A stretch of DNA of 64,000 bases from Candidatus Yanofskybacteria bacterium (GCA_003151795.1 PLYL01000024.1:4953-68952); one strand, 5' to 3'. Positions 51,879-62,207 are shown, counted from the stretch's first letter. Numbers and translations are program-made. Notes: generated by a model not told the origin, from the sequence alone.

Positions 51879-52748
51879 ATGAAAACAAAATTCATAAGAC
51901 TTACAACTAAAGATGACCTGATTTTACAAGGATTTATATATTCTCCAGAACAGGAAACTAAAAAGGCATACCTCCACATCCATGGAATGGGTGGTAATTT
52001 CTATGAGAACCGGTTCTTAGATTTCATGGCCGAAGGCATCACAAATGCAGGCTATACATTCATGGCTATTAATACCCGTGGTCACGATATGATTGCGGAT
52101 TTTCCTCTAGCCGGATCCGAGGAAAAATATAAGCGAATTGGAGTTGCCTATGAGAAGTTCGAAGAATGCGTACTCGATATTAAATCAGCCATCGATTATT
52201 TGGAGAAAGAAAGATATTCAGAAATTGTTCTCTGTGGTCACAGTCTCGGAACATCTAAGGTTGGATACTATGTTGCAACTACACAAGATAAGAGGGTGCA
52301 AAAACTAGTCCTTATGTCTCCATCAGACATGGTGGGTCTCGCTGAAGCCGAAAAGTATCATGCAGGATTATTAGCCGAAGCGAAACAAATGGTGGCCGAA
52401 GGTAAAGGTAGTGACTTACTCTCAACAAAAATCTGGGACTGGTATTTCTTGTCTGCCGAGACATATGTTGATTTAAGTTCTCGTGATTATCCAGTCGACG
52501 TGTTTAATACCTACGACAAGGCAAAGCCGTCAGCTTTAGAAAAAATCACAATTCCAACCCTCGCCTTTTTTGGAGAGAACGATGACTCGGCGATACTTGG
52601 GAGCAAAGAAGAGTCGTTAGAAGTAATAAAATCAAAAGCTCCTAATGCTCCACGTTTTGATCTCGATGTTATTCCAGGCGCATCGCATGGTTATTTTGGT
52701 AAAGAAAAAGAAATGACGGCAGTAATTGTTAACTGGCTTAATAAGTAA
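51879..52748 (+). CDS. Alpha/beta hydrolase
   Basis: HGMGGN, GHSLG nucleophile elbow, GASH. Confidence 0.85.
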   Translation: MKTKFIRLTTKDDLILQGFIYSPEQETKKAYLHIHGMGGNFYENRFLDFMAEGITNAGYTFMAINTRGHDMIADFPLAGSEEKYKRIGVAYEKFEECVLDIKSAIDYLEKERYSEIVLCGHSLGTSKVGYYVATTQDKRVQKLVLMSPSDMVGLAEAEKYHAGLLAEAKQMVAEGKGSDLLSTKIWDWYFLSAETYVDLSSRDYPVDVFNTYDKAKPSALEKITIPTLAFFGENDDSAILGSKEESLEVIKSKAPNAPRFDLDVIPGASHGYFGKEKEMTAVIVNWLNK

Positions 52749-53071
52749 TGAATACTGAAACGGTAAAAATTGTGGTCTTTGTTCCAGAGAGTCATGCTGA
52801 TGCCGTAAGAAAGGCTGTCGGCGATGCTGGAGCTGGTAAAATTGGAAACTATAGCCATTGTTCATTCTCATCGAAAGGGCAAGGTCGTTTCCTGCCATTG
52901 CCAGGAACGAATCCAACTATCGGACAAGTTGGGAAACCAGAAACTGTTGAAGAAGAAAGGATTGAGTTTGTCTGTGAAAGATCCTTGTTAAAGAAAGTAA
53001 TCGAGGCAATGAAGAAAACACATCCGTACGAAGAGGTGGCTTTTGATGTTTATCCATTAGAAAATTTATGA
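52748..53071 (+). CDS. YqfO/Nif3-related PII-like small protein
   Basis: K.VVFVP, AGAG.IGNY..CSF, HPYEEVA.D. Confidence 0.85.
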   Translation: MNTETVKIVVFVPESHADAVRKAVGDAGAGKIGNYSHCSFSSKGQGRFLPLPGTNPTIGQVGKPETVEEERIEFVCERSLLKKVIEAMKKTHPYEEVAFDVYPLENL

Positions 53072-54363
53072 CCGAATCTATGCCCACAAGTGATGATCTA
53101 ATGCTCCAAATGTCTCCTTGGGATTTTGACCAAACATTAAACGGCGGCTGGAGAATATATGAGGATAGCGACCCTCTTCGGGCCGCTCAACTTATTCAAA
53201 AATACATTGTTCAGAATCGGGAACGTATTTTAAATCCAAAAGAAGGAGAGAGGGAGATAGAACTTAGAGTGATGTATTTTCATATTGGTCAGAATCTACT
53301 CTTTGCAGGACAAGAACATTATCTCGAAGCAATAGGTGCACTCAAGCAATCCTTTGAGGAAGGACATGAGTGTTGGAATGCCTACGTCTCTGCCACTATA
53401 GGGTTTTTAGAAAATGACATTCAAAGAATTGATGGTGCTATTAATACTATTGAACAGTCTCAAGAGTATAAAGAAGATTCACGAAGTGGGAATCTTCACA
53501 TCGTTAAAAACTTTAAGAAAGCTTTAAAATCAGGCGAGTATGATTACAAAGAGGTGTATCTAAAGAAAGAGATTAAACAAGTCGGTGATTACGTTTCCGT
53601 AAACGAGCAGGGTTATTTAGTTAACAATCTAAAGCTCGAGAGTATTCAAGAAAAATGGAAGCCAGTAGTTGAAGACGTTATTAATGAATTTAAAAAACAT
53701 TTTGGCGATAAGTTAATCGCGGTATATGTTCGGGGATCTGTGGCGGCTGGCCGGGCGGTAGATGGGATTTCTGATGTAGATGATACCGCAATAGTAGATC
53801 TACCTGAGGATCAAATTGATGTGAGCTGGAGACAGGATTTTCATAAAGCCATGAAAGAAAAGTACCCGTTCGTTTATGCCCTTGAAGGTAATGTTGATTC
53901 GTTCGATTCAATTAAAAAAAGTGCTAACCACGGATTATTTTTAAAAACTCAATCATTACGAGTATACGGACAAGATCTTGCGAGCGAGCTTCCTGAGTTT
54001 GAATTGGGCAGAAATACGGTAGCTCATGCTTTCTCAATCAAAAAGAACATTGACGCTGCTCAACAATTTATTCTAGAACAGAAAGACAATCCTGAACGAA
54101 TCAAAAGACGGTGCACGGTTATAATGAAAAGAATTGTCCGATCGGGGTTTGAGCTAGTGATGGAGCGATCTCATAAATACACGAGAGACTTATATTTGTG
54201 CTGGCAAGAGTTTTCCAAATATTATCCTGAAAAATCAGATATCATGAAAAAGGTGATGGAACTGGGTATTTACCCAACATCTGATGTGAGCGAGATTCAG
54301 GAAGTTTTAGGTGACTTAGGTCCTTGGCTAGACGAAGAAGTTAAAAAAGTTTTTCCCAAATAA
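53068..54363 (+). CDS. Helical domain fused to nucleotidyltransferase
   Basis: FH.GQ/WNAYV.ATI.FL N-half; YVRGSV......SD.D and YTRDLY.C C-half. Confidence 0.7.
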   Translation: MTESMPTSDDLMLQMSPWDFDQTLNGGWRIYEDSDPLRAAQLIQKYIVQNRERILNPKEGEREIELRVMYFHIGQNLLFAGQEHYLEAIGALKQSFEEGHECWNAYVSATIGFLENDIQRIDGAINTIEQSQEYKEDSRSGNLHIVKNFKKALKSGEYDYKEVYLKKEIKQVGDYVSVNEQGYLVNNLKLESIQEKWKPVVEDVINEFKKHFGDKLIAVYVRGSVAAGRAVDGISDVDDTAIVDLPEDQIDVSWRQDFHKAMKEKYPFVYALEGNVDSFDSIKKSANHGLFLKTQSLRVYGQDLASELPEFELGRNTVAHAFSIKKNIDAAQQFILEQKDNPERIKRRCTVIMKRIVRSGFELVMERSHKYTRDLYLCWQEFSKYYPEKSDIMKKVMELGIYPTSDVSEIQEVLGDLGPWLDEEVKKVFPK

Positions 54364-54684
54364 ATGAAGCCTCTTAAATTCAAACATGAATTCGTAAAGG
54401 AAATTCTCAAGAGTAAAAAGACTACCATATGGCGTTTGTTTGATGACAAGAATCTTCGCAAAGGAGACGAGCTAGATCTCATTGATCGAGATTCAGAAGA
54501 GAGTTTCGGGAAAGCAAAGATTTTAGATGTCGAGAAAAAGAAAATCAAAGAGCTAACCGACTTTGAACTCAAGAACCACGACTATACGAGCTTGGGCGAT
54601 ATGATCGACAGCCACCGAGTATATTATGGCAGTAAAGTAAATCTTCAAACCGAAGTTAAGATAATTAAATTTAAACTCCTGTGA
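54364..54684 (+). CDS. ASCH domain protein
   Basis: IL..KKTT.WR..D......GD. Confidence 0.75.
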   Translation: MKPLKFKHEFVKEILKSKKTTIWRLFDDKNLRKGDELDLIDRDSEESFGKAKILDVEKKKIKELTDFELKNHDYTSLGDMIDSHRVYYGSKVNLQTEVKIIKFKLL

Positions 54685-55088
54685 AGCAACGAGTATCTGC
54701 AGTAATCATAAGTGATAACAAGATTCTTCTCATTAAACGGGTGAAGCCCGACCAGGAATATTACACGCTTCCAGGCGGCACTGTTGAGGAGGGCGAAACT
54801 ATAGAGAGAGCGATGTACCGAGAATTTAAAGAAGAATTAAGCGCTACTCCTAAGATCGGGAAGCTCCTCTTTGAGACTAGTAGTGAAGGTAGAAAAGATT
54901 ATTATTTTGAGATAGACGAAACCTTAGGTGTTCCTAAAATAGGTGGTCCAGAACTCCAGAGGATGAATGCCGACAATCAATATATTCTGACTTGGGTTGA
55001 ATTTGAGGACTTTAAAAATCTTGCTGGCTTCTATCCTAATCCGCCAGGGACAAAAGAGAAACTCATTGCTATATGGCCGCACCCATAA
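54681..55088 (+). CDS. NUDIX hydrolase
   Basis: PGG.VEEGE....A..RE..EE. Confidence 0.9.
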   Translation: MKQRVSAVIISDNKILLIKRVKPDQEYYTLPGGTVEEGETIERAMYREFKEELSATPKIGKLLFETSSEGRKDYYFEIDETLGVPKIGGPELQRMNADNQYILTWVEFEDFKNLAGFYPNPPGTKEKLIAIWPHP

Positions 55089-55675
55089 CTCACATCGTAT
55101 TGGCCAATAAAATATTTAAAGATTTACCGAATATTTCTCGGAAAGAATTTTTTGTTGGGACTAGCTTCCCCGACATTAGATACATAAGAGTTATTGACCG
55201 AGACAAAACTCATGTGAAAGATGTTTCTCTAGAGAATATCAAAAACGAGTCTAGTTTTAAGGCGGGGTTTCTTCTACACTCTCTGGTAGACAAATTGCGG
55301 GAAGATTATCTCGATAAAAACGGCTTGTATAATCTAATCCCTAAATCTGGACTTGCCATGCAAGCCGTAAAGTTATTTGAGGATAAAATACTGTATGATA
55401 AATTGTCTGACTGGAGTTTTGTCGCCGATTATTTTAAAGACATTCTACCAGAAGAGAGTGAGTTTCCAATCCAAAAACAAGATATTTCTAAATGGCACAA
55501 AATATTGAGTGATTACCTTGCACAAAAACCTAGCCCGGAAAGTAGAGCACCGTTTTTTAAGGAACTCTACTTTACTGATGAGCAGACAAAACAAATCGAA
55601 CTGCTTATAAAAGAAATGGAGAGTAAACCGGAACTTATTGATCTGATCCAAAGCTTTTACCAAAATATACTATGA
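55073..55675 (+). CDS. Zn-dependent phospholipase C-like hydrolase
   Basis: ITH, G...PD, TH, G..LH...D. Confidence 0.6.
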   Translation: MAAPITHIVLANKIFKDLPNISRKEFFVGTSFPDIRYIRVIDRDKTHVKDVSLENIKNESSFKAGFLLHSLVDKLREDYLDKNGLYNLIPKSGLAMQAVKLFEDKILYDKLSDWSFVADYFKDILPEESEFPIQKQDISKWHKILSDYLAQKPSPESRAPFFKELYFTDEQTKQIELLIKEMESKPELIDLIQSFYQNIL

Positions 55676-56055
55676 AAACAATACTAGTTGATGCCGTATA
55701 TACCTTTGTATCTGACCAAGGAGTAATTTTCCAAGAGATGTTTGATTTGCTTGAGAAGTATCCAAACAAGAAAATTATCCTCACCAACGCCGGTGATGAT
55801 AAGTGGCAACAATACGGCTTAGATAAAATGCCCTACGAAGTATTCACACTGAAGCATAATCCGGATAAGCCAGATCCAACATATTTTCAAAAACTTCTTA
55901 AGCACTTCAGCCTTACGGATAATGACGTCGTCTATTTTGAGCACAGCCCAGAAGCAGTCAAGAGTGCTGAATCGGTAGGCATAAAGTCTTATCATTACGA
56001 CGAGAATAAGAAAGACCTAGCGGCTTTAAAAAACTTCTTAGATCAAAACTTATGA
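55672..56055 (+). CDS. HAD-like protein
   Basis: ILVDA, LTNA, KPDP.YF. Confidence 0.65.
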   Translation: MKTILVDAVYTFVSDQGVIFQEMFDLLEKYPNKKIILTNAGDDKWQQYGLDKMPYEVFTLKHNPDKPDPTYFQKLLKHFSLTDNDVVYFEHSPEAVKSAESVGIKSYHYDENKKDLAALKNFLDQNL

Positions 56056-56444
56056 TCGAAATTAAACCTGACCACCAATGCGTGATGAGAGTAGTCGAAG
56101 GATCACTGACTGATAAGTCTTGCATTGCAGGCTTTCCACAAAAAGTTCTACAAATATTTGCTGACGATGCCAACTGGAATCAGTTACTTGAAATAAGTGT
56201 GCCATTTAGTCAGATTAAAGAGATTCAAAAAGCTATGATTAAGCATTATGACACCTCAGCTCCGTGGTACACTGACGGTTGGCTCGCAAACGACAAGAAT
56301 ACAATCATTTGTGCTTTCGGAGCGGACGATGGCGAGAATGGTAAAATATTTGTTTTCAAGCGAGATGATAAGCAGACTTACCAAGAAATAACTGATTACG
56401 CTGTTTCAAAAGGTATCCCTAAAGAACAAGTAGATTTTCTATAA
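56052..56444 (+). CDS. Hypothetical protein
   Basis: Coupled ORF ending GIPKEQ.DF. Confidence 0.6.
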   Translation: MIEIKPDHQCVMRVVEGSLTDKSCIAGFPQKVLQIFADDANWNQLLEISVPFSQIKEIQKAMIKHYDTSAPWYTDGWLANDKNTIICAFGADDGENGKIFVFKRDDKQTYQEITDYAVSKGIPKEQVDFL

Positions 56445-56448
56445 ATCA

Positions 56449-56895
56449 ATGGAAATTACTTTCCAAAAAGCAACTCTCGACGATGTAGACAAGTTTGTTG
56501 AAATTGAGAAAACCTCGGCCGGATTGAACCTGTATTCTTCAATGACTGACCCTGCAGAAGCTAAAGAAGAAATAGAAAATAACGAAGTTTATTTTATCAA
56601 AAAGGACAATGATATTGTCGGAACTACCGAGTATCAGATAAAAAGTCCCGACGAAGCCTATTTAGGTGGCTTGCTTATCAAGCCAGAGTTTCGAGGCCAA
56701 GGTATTGCCCGTAGGGCCATAGAATTTCGGCTCGATAAACTGAAAGGGATTAAACGACTTTGGCTAGTCACACATCCGCACAACAGCAAGATGATTCGTA
56801 TGTATCTTTCCTACGGGTTTATTATTGAGGCCTGGAAGGATAATTATTATGGAGATGATCAACCGAGGCTTGTTTTAAGTCGAGAGACAAAATAG
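56449..56895 (+). CDS. GNAT acetyltransferase
   Basis: PEFRGQGIA, N......Y...GF. Confidence 0.88.
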   Translation: MEITFQKATLDDVDKFVEIEKTSAGLNLYSSMTDPAEAKEEIENNEVYFIKKDNDIVGTTEYQIKSPDEAYLGGLLIKPEFRGQGIARRAIEFRLDKLKGIKRLWLVTHPHNSKMIRMYLSYGFIIEAWKDNYYGDDQPRLVLSRETK

Positions 56896-56897
56896 CG

Positions 56898-57110
56898 ATG
56901 CTCCCACCCGAAGCCATCAAAGAATTCAAAGGATTGTATAAGAAACGCTTCGACAAAAAGCTTTCAAATGAGAATGCTTCAAGACGAACCAACAACCTCG
57001 TTAATCTATACAAGATTGTTTACACTCCCTTACCAGAAACTGAAGAATCAAAAGCGAGAGTAGATAGGGCTTACGACATATTATTTGAAGAAGTAGCTAA
57101 GAAAATATAA
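56898..57110 (+). CDS. Small hypothetical protein
   Basis: 70 aa ORF in frame with operon spacing. Confidence 0.55.
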   Translation: MLPPEAIKEFKGLYKKRFDKKLSNENASRRTNNLVNLYKIVYTPLPETEESKARVDRAYDILFEEVAKKI

Positions 57111-57117
57111 CACGCAT

Positions 57118-57903
57118 ATGGACACCTCACTTTTATTACCCCGCGAACAATACGAAGAAGCTAAAAAGAAATGGGGCACTGCGCCGTTCACACTTGAAAT
57201 TAGGAATGACCATCAATGCCTATTTTATTTCGGTGCTAATCATTCTCACGATCCTGCCAACCATCAATATCCTATTTTACGAGAATACTGGAAAAAATTT
57301 TTGAATGAAACGGAAGGTAAAGAAAGGATTGTAATGGTGGAAGGTGGTATACGGCAAGTTACTAAAAGAGAAGAAAGTGCTATTAAGCACGGTTCGGAAG
57401 GTTCGCTTATAACATTTTGGGCGCATCCGCTCGGTCTTCAAATTGTTTCTCCGGATATTAAAGACAGCGAACTTTTAAAACTGCTTCCAAATAATTCCAA
57501 AGAAGAAACGCTACTCTATTGGTTTTTAAGTTATGTCGATCATTGGAAACATCATGCCGAGCCAATACCTGATTTTGAAAGCTATATTGCTAAATGGTCA
57601 GAATGGCAGACGCATAATGTCATGTGGGCAGGCATAGATGTTTCTTTGGGTAATTTAAAACGGTTGTACAAAGAAATCATCGGAAAAGAGTTTGATAAGG
57701 ACGATAATTTCAATAACATGGTCAATCCCAACCGAGACGACACTAAGATAAATAAAATTGCGCGTTCACAAAGCGATCTCCGAGATGCCAATGTCGCCTC
57801 CGAGATTGTCCGCTATTGGCAAGAAGGTAAGAGTATTTTTGTCGCCTTTGGTAACGGTCATCTCATCATAGAAGAGCCAGCTCTTCGGAAATTACTCAAA
57901 TAA
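57118..57903 (+). CDS. Hypothetical protein
   Basis: FG..H, VEGG, RD, G.GH motifs. Confidence 0.6.
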   Translation: MDTSLLLPREQYEEAKKKWGTAPFTLEIRNDHQCLFYFGANHSHDPANHQYPILREYWKKFLNETEGKERIVMVEGGIRQVTKREESAIKHGSEGSLITFWAHPLGLQIVSPDIKDSELLKLLPNNSKEETLLYWFLSYVDHWKHHAEPIPDFESYIAKWSEWQTHNVMWAGIDVSLGNLKRLYKEIIGKEFDKDDNFNNMVNPNRDDTKINKIARSQSDLRDANVASEIVRYWQEGKSIFVAFGNGHLIIEEPALRKLLK

Positions 57904-57946
57904 AAACGATGAAGCCCGCGGAGGACCGTGGGTCCATCGCGGGCTG

Positions 57947-58243
57947 TTATCCCTTGGATAGTTCTTCGAATTCACCGAGCGGACGAATCTCGTCGGGAAC
58001 GGTGAATGTGCTTCCCTCGTGCCGCACGCCGTTGATGACCTTGCGGATGTAGCCACCGCTGATGTCCCAACCGTGCTTCTTAAAGTAGCGATACGGGTTC
58101 TCAGTGGCTTCTTCGTCGAGAGGGCCGTAAAATTGCGGGGGCGGATTGGGATCCTCGGTTCTTGGTTTCTCGCCTTCGAGAACTTCTTCTCGACTTCCGG
58201 TCCCGATCTGCGTGATCGGTTCAATCGTCAAATACATAGGCAC
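57947..58243 (-). CDS. Hypothetical protein (stand-alone cassette)
   Basis: GGAGG before GTG, hairpin after stop. Confidence 0.5.
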   Translation of the reverse strand: MPMYLTIEPITQIGTGSREEVLEGEKPRTEDPNPPPQFYGPLDEEATENPYRYFKKHGWDISGGYIRKVINGVRHEGSTFTVPDEIRPLGEFEELSKG

Positions 58244-58285
58244 TTCATACCTCCAGTACCCTTATAATATCATGGATTTCGATGG

Positions 58286-58314
58286 TTGACAAGACCATCA
58301 AAAAGGAGTATAAT
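58286..58314 (+). promoter_or_regulatory. Consensus sigma70 promoter
   Basis: TTGACA-N17-TATAAT. Confidence 0.75.
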
Positions 58315-58420
58315 TGAGAGGTAAGCTAATTCCTACCTGTATGGGTAGGTGGCTCCCAAGAGCAACGAGGCTTTGTTTCCTACCTCGCCCAAAGGAAATG
58401 TTCATTCACAGGAGAGTCGT

Positions 58421-58855
58421 ATGACTCAAGACAAGCTGTCGTTCAACGTCACCGGTGGCCCCAGCAAGTTCGACCTGATGCTCTCGCTCTTCGATGGGAA
58501 CAAAGACCCCCGTCGGACAGTCGAGTTCCAGCTCGAAGGAGCGCGTGGCCCCGTCACCGTTGGTATCACGGCGGTCCAGCAGGAAGACGGTTCTGGCGAA
58601 AGCTGGAACGTCGAAGGTTGGATCACCAACTACCGCCGCAACTTCAACATCAAGGCGTACTACTCGAGCAACAGCCGCAAGGGCTACCTCACGTTCATCG
58701 TCCCGTTCCACTACGAGATGAGGGGCAACGAGCGTCACAAGATCGAGACGCCCGCCAATCAGCTCGAGATGGCCGACTACATCGACTGGTTGCGAGGCAA
58801 GGGCACCGGCTGGCCGATCCCGAGCGCGCACGTCTATACGACGCATCGCGGATAG
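58421..58855 (+). CDS. Hypothetical protein (stand-alone cassette)
   Basis: AGGAG before ATG 58421, GC-rich codons, downstream hairpin. Confidence 0.6.
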   Translation: MTQDKLSFNVTGGPSKFDLMLSLFDGNKDPRRTVEFQLEGARGPVTVGITAVQQEDGSGESWNVEGWITNYRRNFNIKAYYSSNSRKGYLTFIVPFHYEMRGNERHKIETPANQLEMADYIDWLRGKGTGWPIPSAHVYTTHRG

Positions 58856-59150
58856 GCTGACAACAGCCCCGACAGAGAGTCCCGTGCAGAAATGCACGAT
58901 CCTCTGTACGGGGCTCTTTAATTACAAAAAATATCATTGCGTCGCAAAATACTAAGGACAGAAACAGGAATCATTTGGAACTGAACTAATACTCAAGCAA
59001 AATTCGGTTCAAGACCTGTTGCGGGTAGGGCTAAATTGGACAAAAAGTAGGATTCGACACAGAACCGCAGAAATCAAAATCCCAGAGGTTATCTAGGATT
59101 TTGATTCGAGAGAGGGACGGAGGCAGGTCTGAACACACCAGAATGGCCGC

Positions 59151-59430
59151 CTCCGCGGCCAGGACTCGAACCTGGAACCATCGCCTTACACTTAATCCAT
59201 AGCTTTCGTTACGGCGTGGACTATATCTTTCCCGAGACTTTCGTCTGGCGGGATTTCGGTATCTAGTCTCTACGGTGCCCCCGCCAAGGCGGGGTTCCCT
59301 CGGTATTACCCGTTCGCTTTACGCGAGTGTGGGCTTCACCGATATCCCGAAAAGTTCATCCCTAGCTTTCACTAGAGAGCTGCAAGTTTGTCGTTTACAG
59401 GGCGCCGCTCTACCATTGAGCTACCGCGGA
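59151..59430 (-). tRNA. Second tRNA-Asn(GTT) split by a group I intron (exons 59430-59397, 59188-59151)
   Basis: Exons identical to the copy at 51516. Confidence 0.9.
59189..59396 (-). ncRNA. Group I self-splicing intron, 208 nt
   Basis: Same core (ACTTGCAGC, CCGTAGAGACTAGATACCGAA, AGATATAGTCCAC, terminal G), different peripheral stems. Confidence 0.88.
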
Positions 59431-59583
59431 ACGCATTAATGGAACCTGAAACTACAGACCTATATTATCAGAGAAAACCAAGGACTTCAAATCATCATAT
59501 TCTAATCCCGAAGCGAGCTTTATTAAGGGCAACGGGAAACGCTTTTGAATTATAATTAAATATAAGATGTCCACTATAAATAC

Positions 59584-59622
59584 TTGACATATTTATAAGG
59601 GCGTAATACCCTTATAAATATG
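59584..59622 (+). promoter_or_regulatory. Promoter covered by a 14-bp inverted repeat (operator)
   Basis: TTGACA-N17-TACCCT; catatttataaggg-N7-cccttataaatatg. Confidence 0.65.
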
Positions 59623-59853
59623 GATAAGATAATTCCAACAAACGAACATCCGCGAAATCGTTTCAAACGACTCGCTACTGCTCGGACAAATATAGTTCTA
59701 AAACGTCTTAAAGTTTTAGGGAATTGTTCTAACCGTAATATATACGAATACGAGGAACAGGACATTGATAAGATTTTCTCCGAGATAGAACGCAAGGTTA
59801 AGGAAACCAAGGCAAAATTCCACTTCCCCAAAAAGCGTGAGTTTAAACTATGA
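59620..59853 (+). CDS. Small helical protein, possible regulator
   Basis: RF.RLA..R....L.....LGN.SN...YEY; stop overlaps next start. Confidence 0.7.
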   Translation: MDKIIPTNEHPRNRFKRLATARTNIVLKRLKVLGNCSNRNIYEYEEQDIDKIFSEIERKVKETKAKFHFPKKREFKL

Positions 59854-62207
59854 AAGACGACGACATAATAAAATTAACACTCGCTCTTGTTAAATCGGAA
59901 ACCGAAAAAGAGGTCGTTCAAGTTTTGAGTAGCTTTAATCTTTGGGAAAACAAAAATGTATGGAAAGAATTTGATGAGAGTTCCGGGAATTGGTCAACTA
60001 TTGGTAATCAGCAGAGTGCGCCTGATACAGCCCTTGTTGAAAAAATAATCAATTCTGTTGATGCGGTACTTATGAAAGAATGTTTGAAAGATGGTATACA
60101 ACCAGAAAGCGAGAATGCTCCCCAAAGTATTGCAGAAGCTCAAAAGAAATACTTCGGAATTTATAATGGTAAACTTTCGAGTATTGATGCGAATAACAGA
60201 ACAAAAATTGCCGAAAATATTTTTCTTGTTGCAACTGGTAGTAAAAACAACCCGTCCTATTCAATAATTGATTTTGGGGAAGGTCAATCACCCGAATCTT
60301 TTCCTACTACATTTTTATCACTTAATAAGGGTAATAAAAATAAGGTCCAATTTGTTCAAGGTAAATTCGGAATGGGCGGGACAGGGGTCTTTAGGTTCGG
60401 AAGCCCGGAGCACAATCTTCAGTTGATAATTTCTAAAAGAAATAAAGAAATTAAATCAGAAACAAAAAATGATCAATGGGGCATGACCGTCATAAGACGT
60501 GTCCCACCCACCGGCCAAATGAAGAGTTCAATTTTTACCTATCTTGCTCCAGAGGGTAAAATTCTTTCTTTTGTTTCTCCGTCCCTACGTCTTTTACCAG
60601 GTAAACACCCTAAAGCATATTCCGAACCATTAGAATGCGGTTCATTTATAAAAATTTATGAATACAATCTCGCCGGCTTAAAAAGTAACGTACGATTTGA
60701 TTTGTTTTATCGCTTATCGTTATTACTACCAAACATAGCGTTGCCGATTACTCTTTGTGAGCGACGGGATTATAGCGATAAAGAAGGTAAAACAAGGGAT
60801 ATGAAAATTGTTATGTCGGGACTTAGTGTGCGTCTCGACGAGGACAAAAGAGATAATCTTGAAGATGATTTTCCAAGCACAGGAGAATTAAATGTAAAAA
60901 ATCAAAAAATGGATTATTCAATTTACGCTTTTCGGAAAGATAAACGAAGAACATATTCCGGAAATGAGGGAATTGTATTTACGGTAAATGGCCAAGCTCA
61001 TGGGTTTTTGCCGAAATCTTTCTTTGAGCGTAAGTCAGTCGGCATGTCCTATCTCGCGGATAGCATTCTCATACTCATTGACTGTTCAAAAATTGAAAAA
61101 AGAAAACAAGAGGATTTATTTATGAATAGTCGCGATCGTCTTAGCGGTGGACCACTTCAAGATGAAATAGAGCAACAATTAGAAGATATAATCAAAAACC
61201 ATCAAGGCCTTCGGGCGTTAAGAGAAAAGAGGAGGAGAGAAGATATTGAAAATAAATTACAAGATTCAAGGCCTTTGGCAGATGTTCTGGAAAATATTAT
61301 TAAAAAATCTCCCTCCCTCTCGAGTCTTTTTGCACAAGGAGTAAGAATCAAAAATCCTTTTAACTTTGCTGGTGTTACTGAAAAAGGAAAATTTGAAGGG
61401 AAAGAATTTCCTACATATTTTGATTTGGTTAAAAAATATACTAGAGAAAAACCAAAACTTTGTCCTATCAACAATAGAAGGTTTAGGATTCAATACGAGA
61501 CTGATGCTGAAAATGATTATTTTAACCGTGATAAAGAACCAGGCGGATTAACTTTAAAGATAAATGAAAATTCTATTGAAGATTATTCGCTTAATTTATG
61601 GAACGGGCTAGCTACATTGAATATTGACCTCCCGGATAGCGTAAAAATTGGGGAAGTACTGTGCCTTAAAACAGAGGTCGTAGATATTTCAAGAATAGAG
61701 CCTTTTTTAAATGAATTTTATATAAAAATTGAAGAACAACAGGAAAAGAGTGGGGGTAAGAATGGTGAAAGAAAAAAACCGTCTGGTAAGGAAAGAGGAG
61801 AGGACCGACAAAAGCCAACCTATCTTGATATTCCTAACGCATGGGAGATAAGAAGAAATGAATGGGGGAAACATAATTTTGATGAAAAGAGTGCCCTAAA
61901 AGTGGTAGATGCAGGAGAAGAAACTGGGTATGATTTCTATATCAATATGGACAATGTTTATCTTCAGATGGAAATCAAGGAAAATATTAAAATTGACCCA
62001 AAACTTTTGGAAGCAAGATTTAAATATGGGATGGTTTTACTAGGTATATCATTACTTGATTTTGAAGAAAAAAGGAAAAAGGGAGGAAAAGAGACTCCAC
62101 AGGACAATAATGACGCATCTATTTTTGAACAAATTTCTCAATTTTCAAAAGCAATTTCTCCAACCTTACTTCCAATGATTTCTTCTCTTGGAGATTTGGA
62201 GATTTAA
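59850..62207 (+). CDS. Large GHKL-type ATPase domain protein
   Basis: E.IINS.DA, D.GEG, QGKFGMGG.G. Confidence 0.75.
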   Translation: MKDDDIIKLTLALVKSETEKEVVQVLSSFNLWENKNVWKEFDESSGNWSTIGNQQSAPDTALVEKIINSVDAVLMKECLKDGIQPESENAPQSIAEAQKKYFGIYNGKLSSIDANNRTKIAENIFLVATGSKNNPSYSIIDFGEGQSPESFPTTFLSLNKGNKNKVQFVQGKFGMGGTGVFRFGSPEHNLQLIISKRNKEIKSETKNDQWGMTVIRRVPPTGQMKSSIFTYLAPEGKILSFVSPSLRLLPGKHPKAYSEPLECGSFIKIYEYNLAGLKSNVRFDLFYRLSLLLPNIALPITLCERRDYSDKEGKTRDMKIVMSGLSVRLDEDKRDNLEDDFPSTGELNVKNQKMDYSIYAFRKDKRRTYSGNEGIVFTVNGQAHGFLPKSFFERKSVGMSYLADSILILIDCSKIEKRKQEDLFMNSRDRLSGGPLQDEIEQQLEDIIKNHQGLRALREKRRREDIENKLQDSRPLADVLENIIKKSPSLSSLFAQGVRIKNPFNFAGVTEKGKFEGKEFPTYFDLVKKYTREKPKLCPINNRRFRIQYETDAENDYFNRDKEPGGLTLKINENSIEDYSLNLWNGLATLNIDLPDSVKIGEVLCLKTEVVDISRIEPFLNEFYIKIEEQQEKSGGKNGERKKPSGKERGEDRQKPTYLDIPNAWEIRRNEWGKHNFDEKSALKVVDAGEETGYDFYINMDNVYLQMEIKENIKIDPKLLEARFKYGMVLLGISLLDFEEKRKKGGKETPQDNNDASIFEQISQFSKAISPTLLPMISSLGDLEI

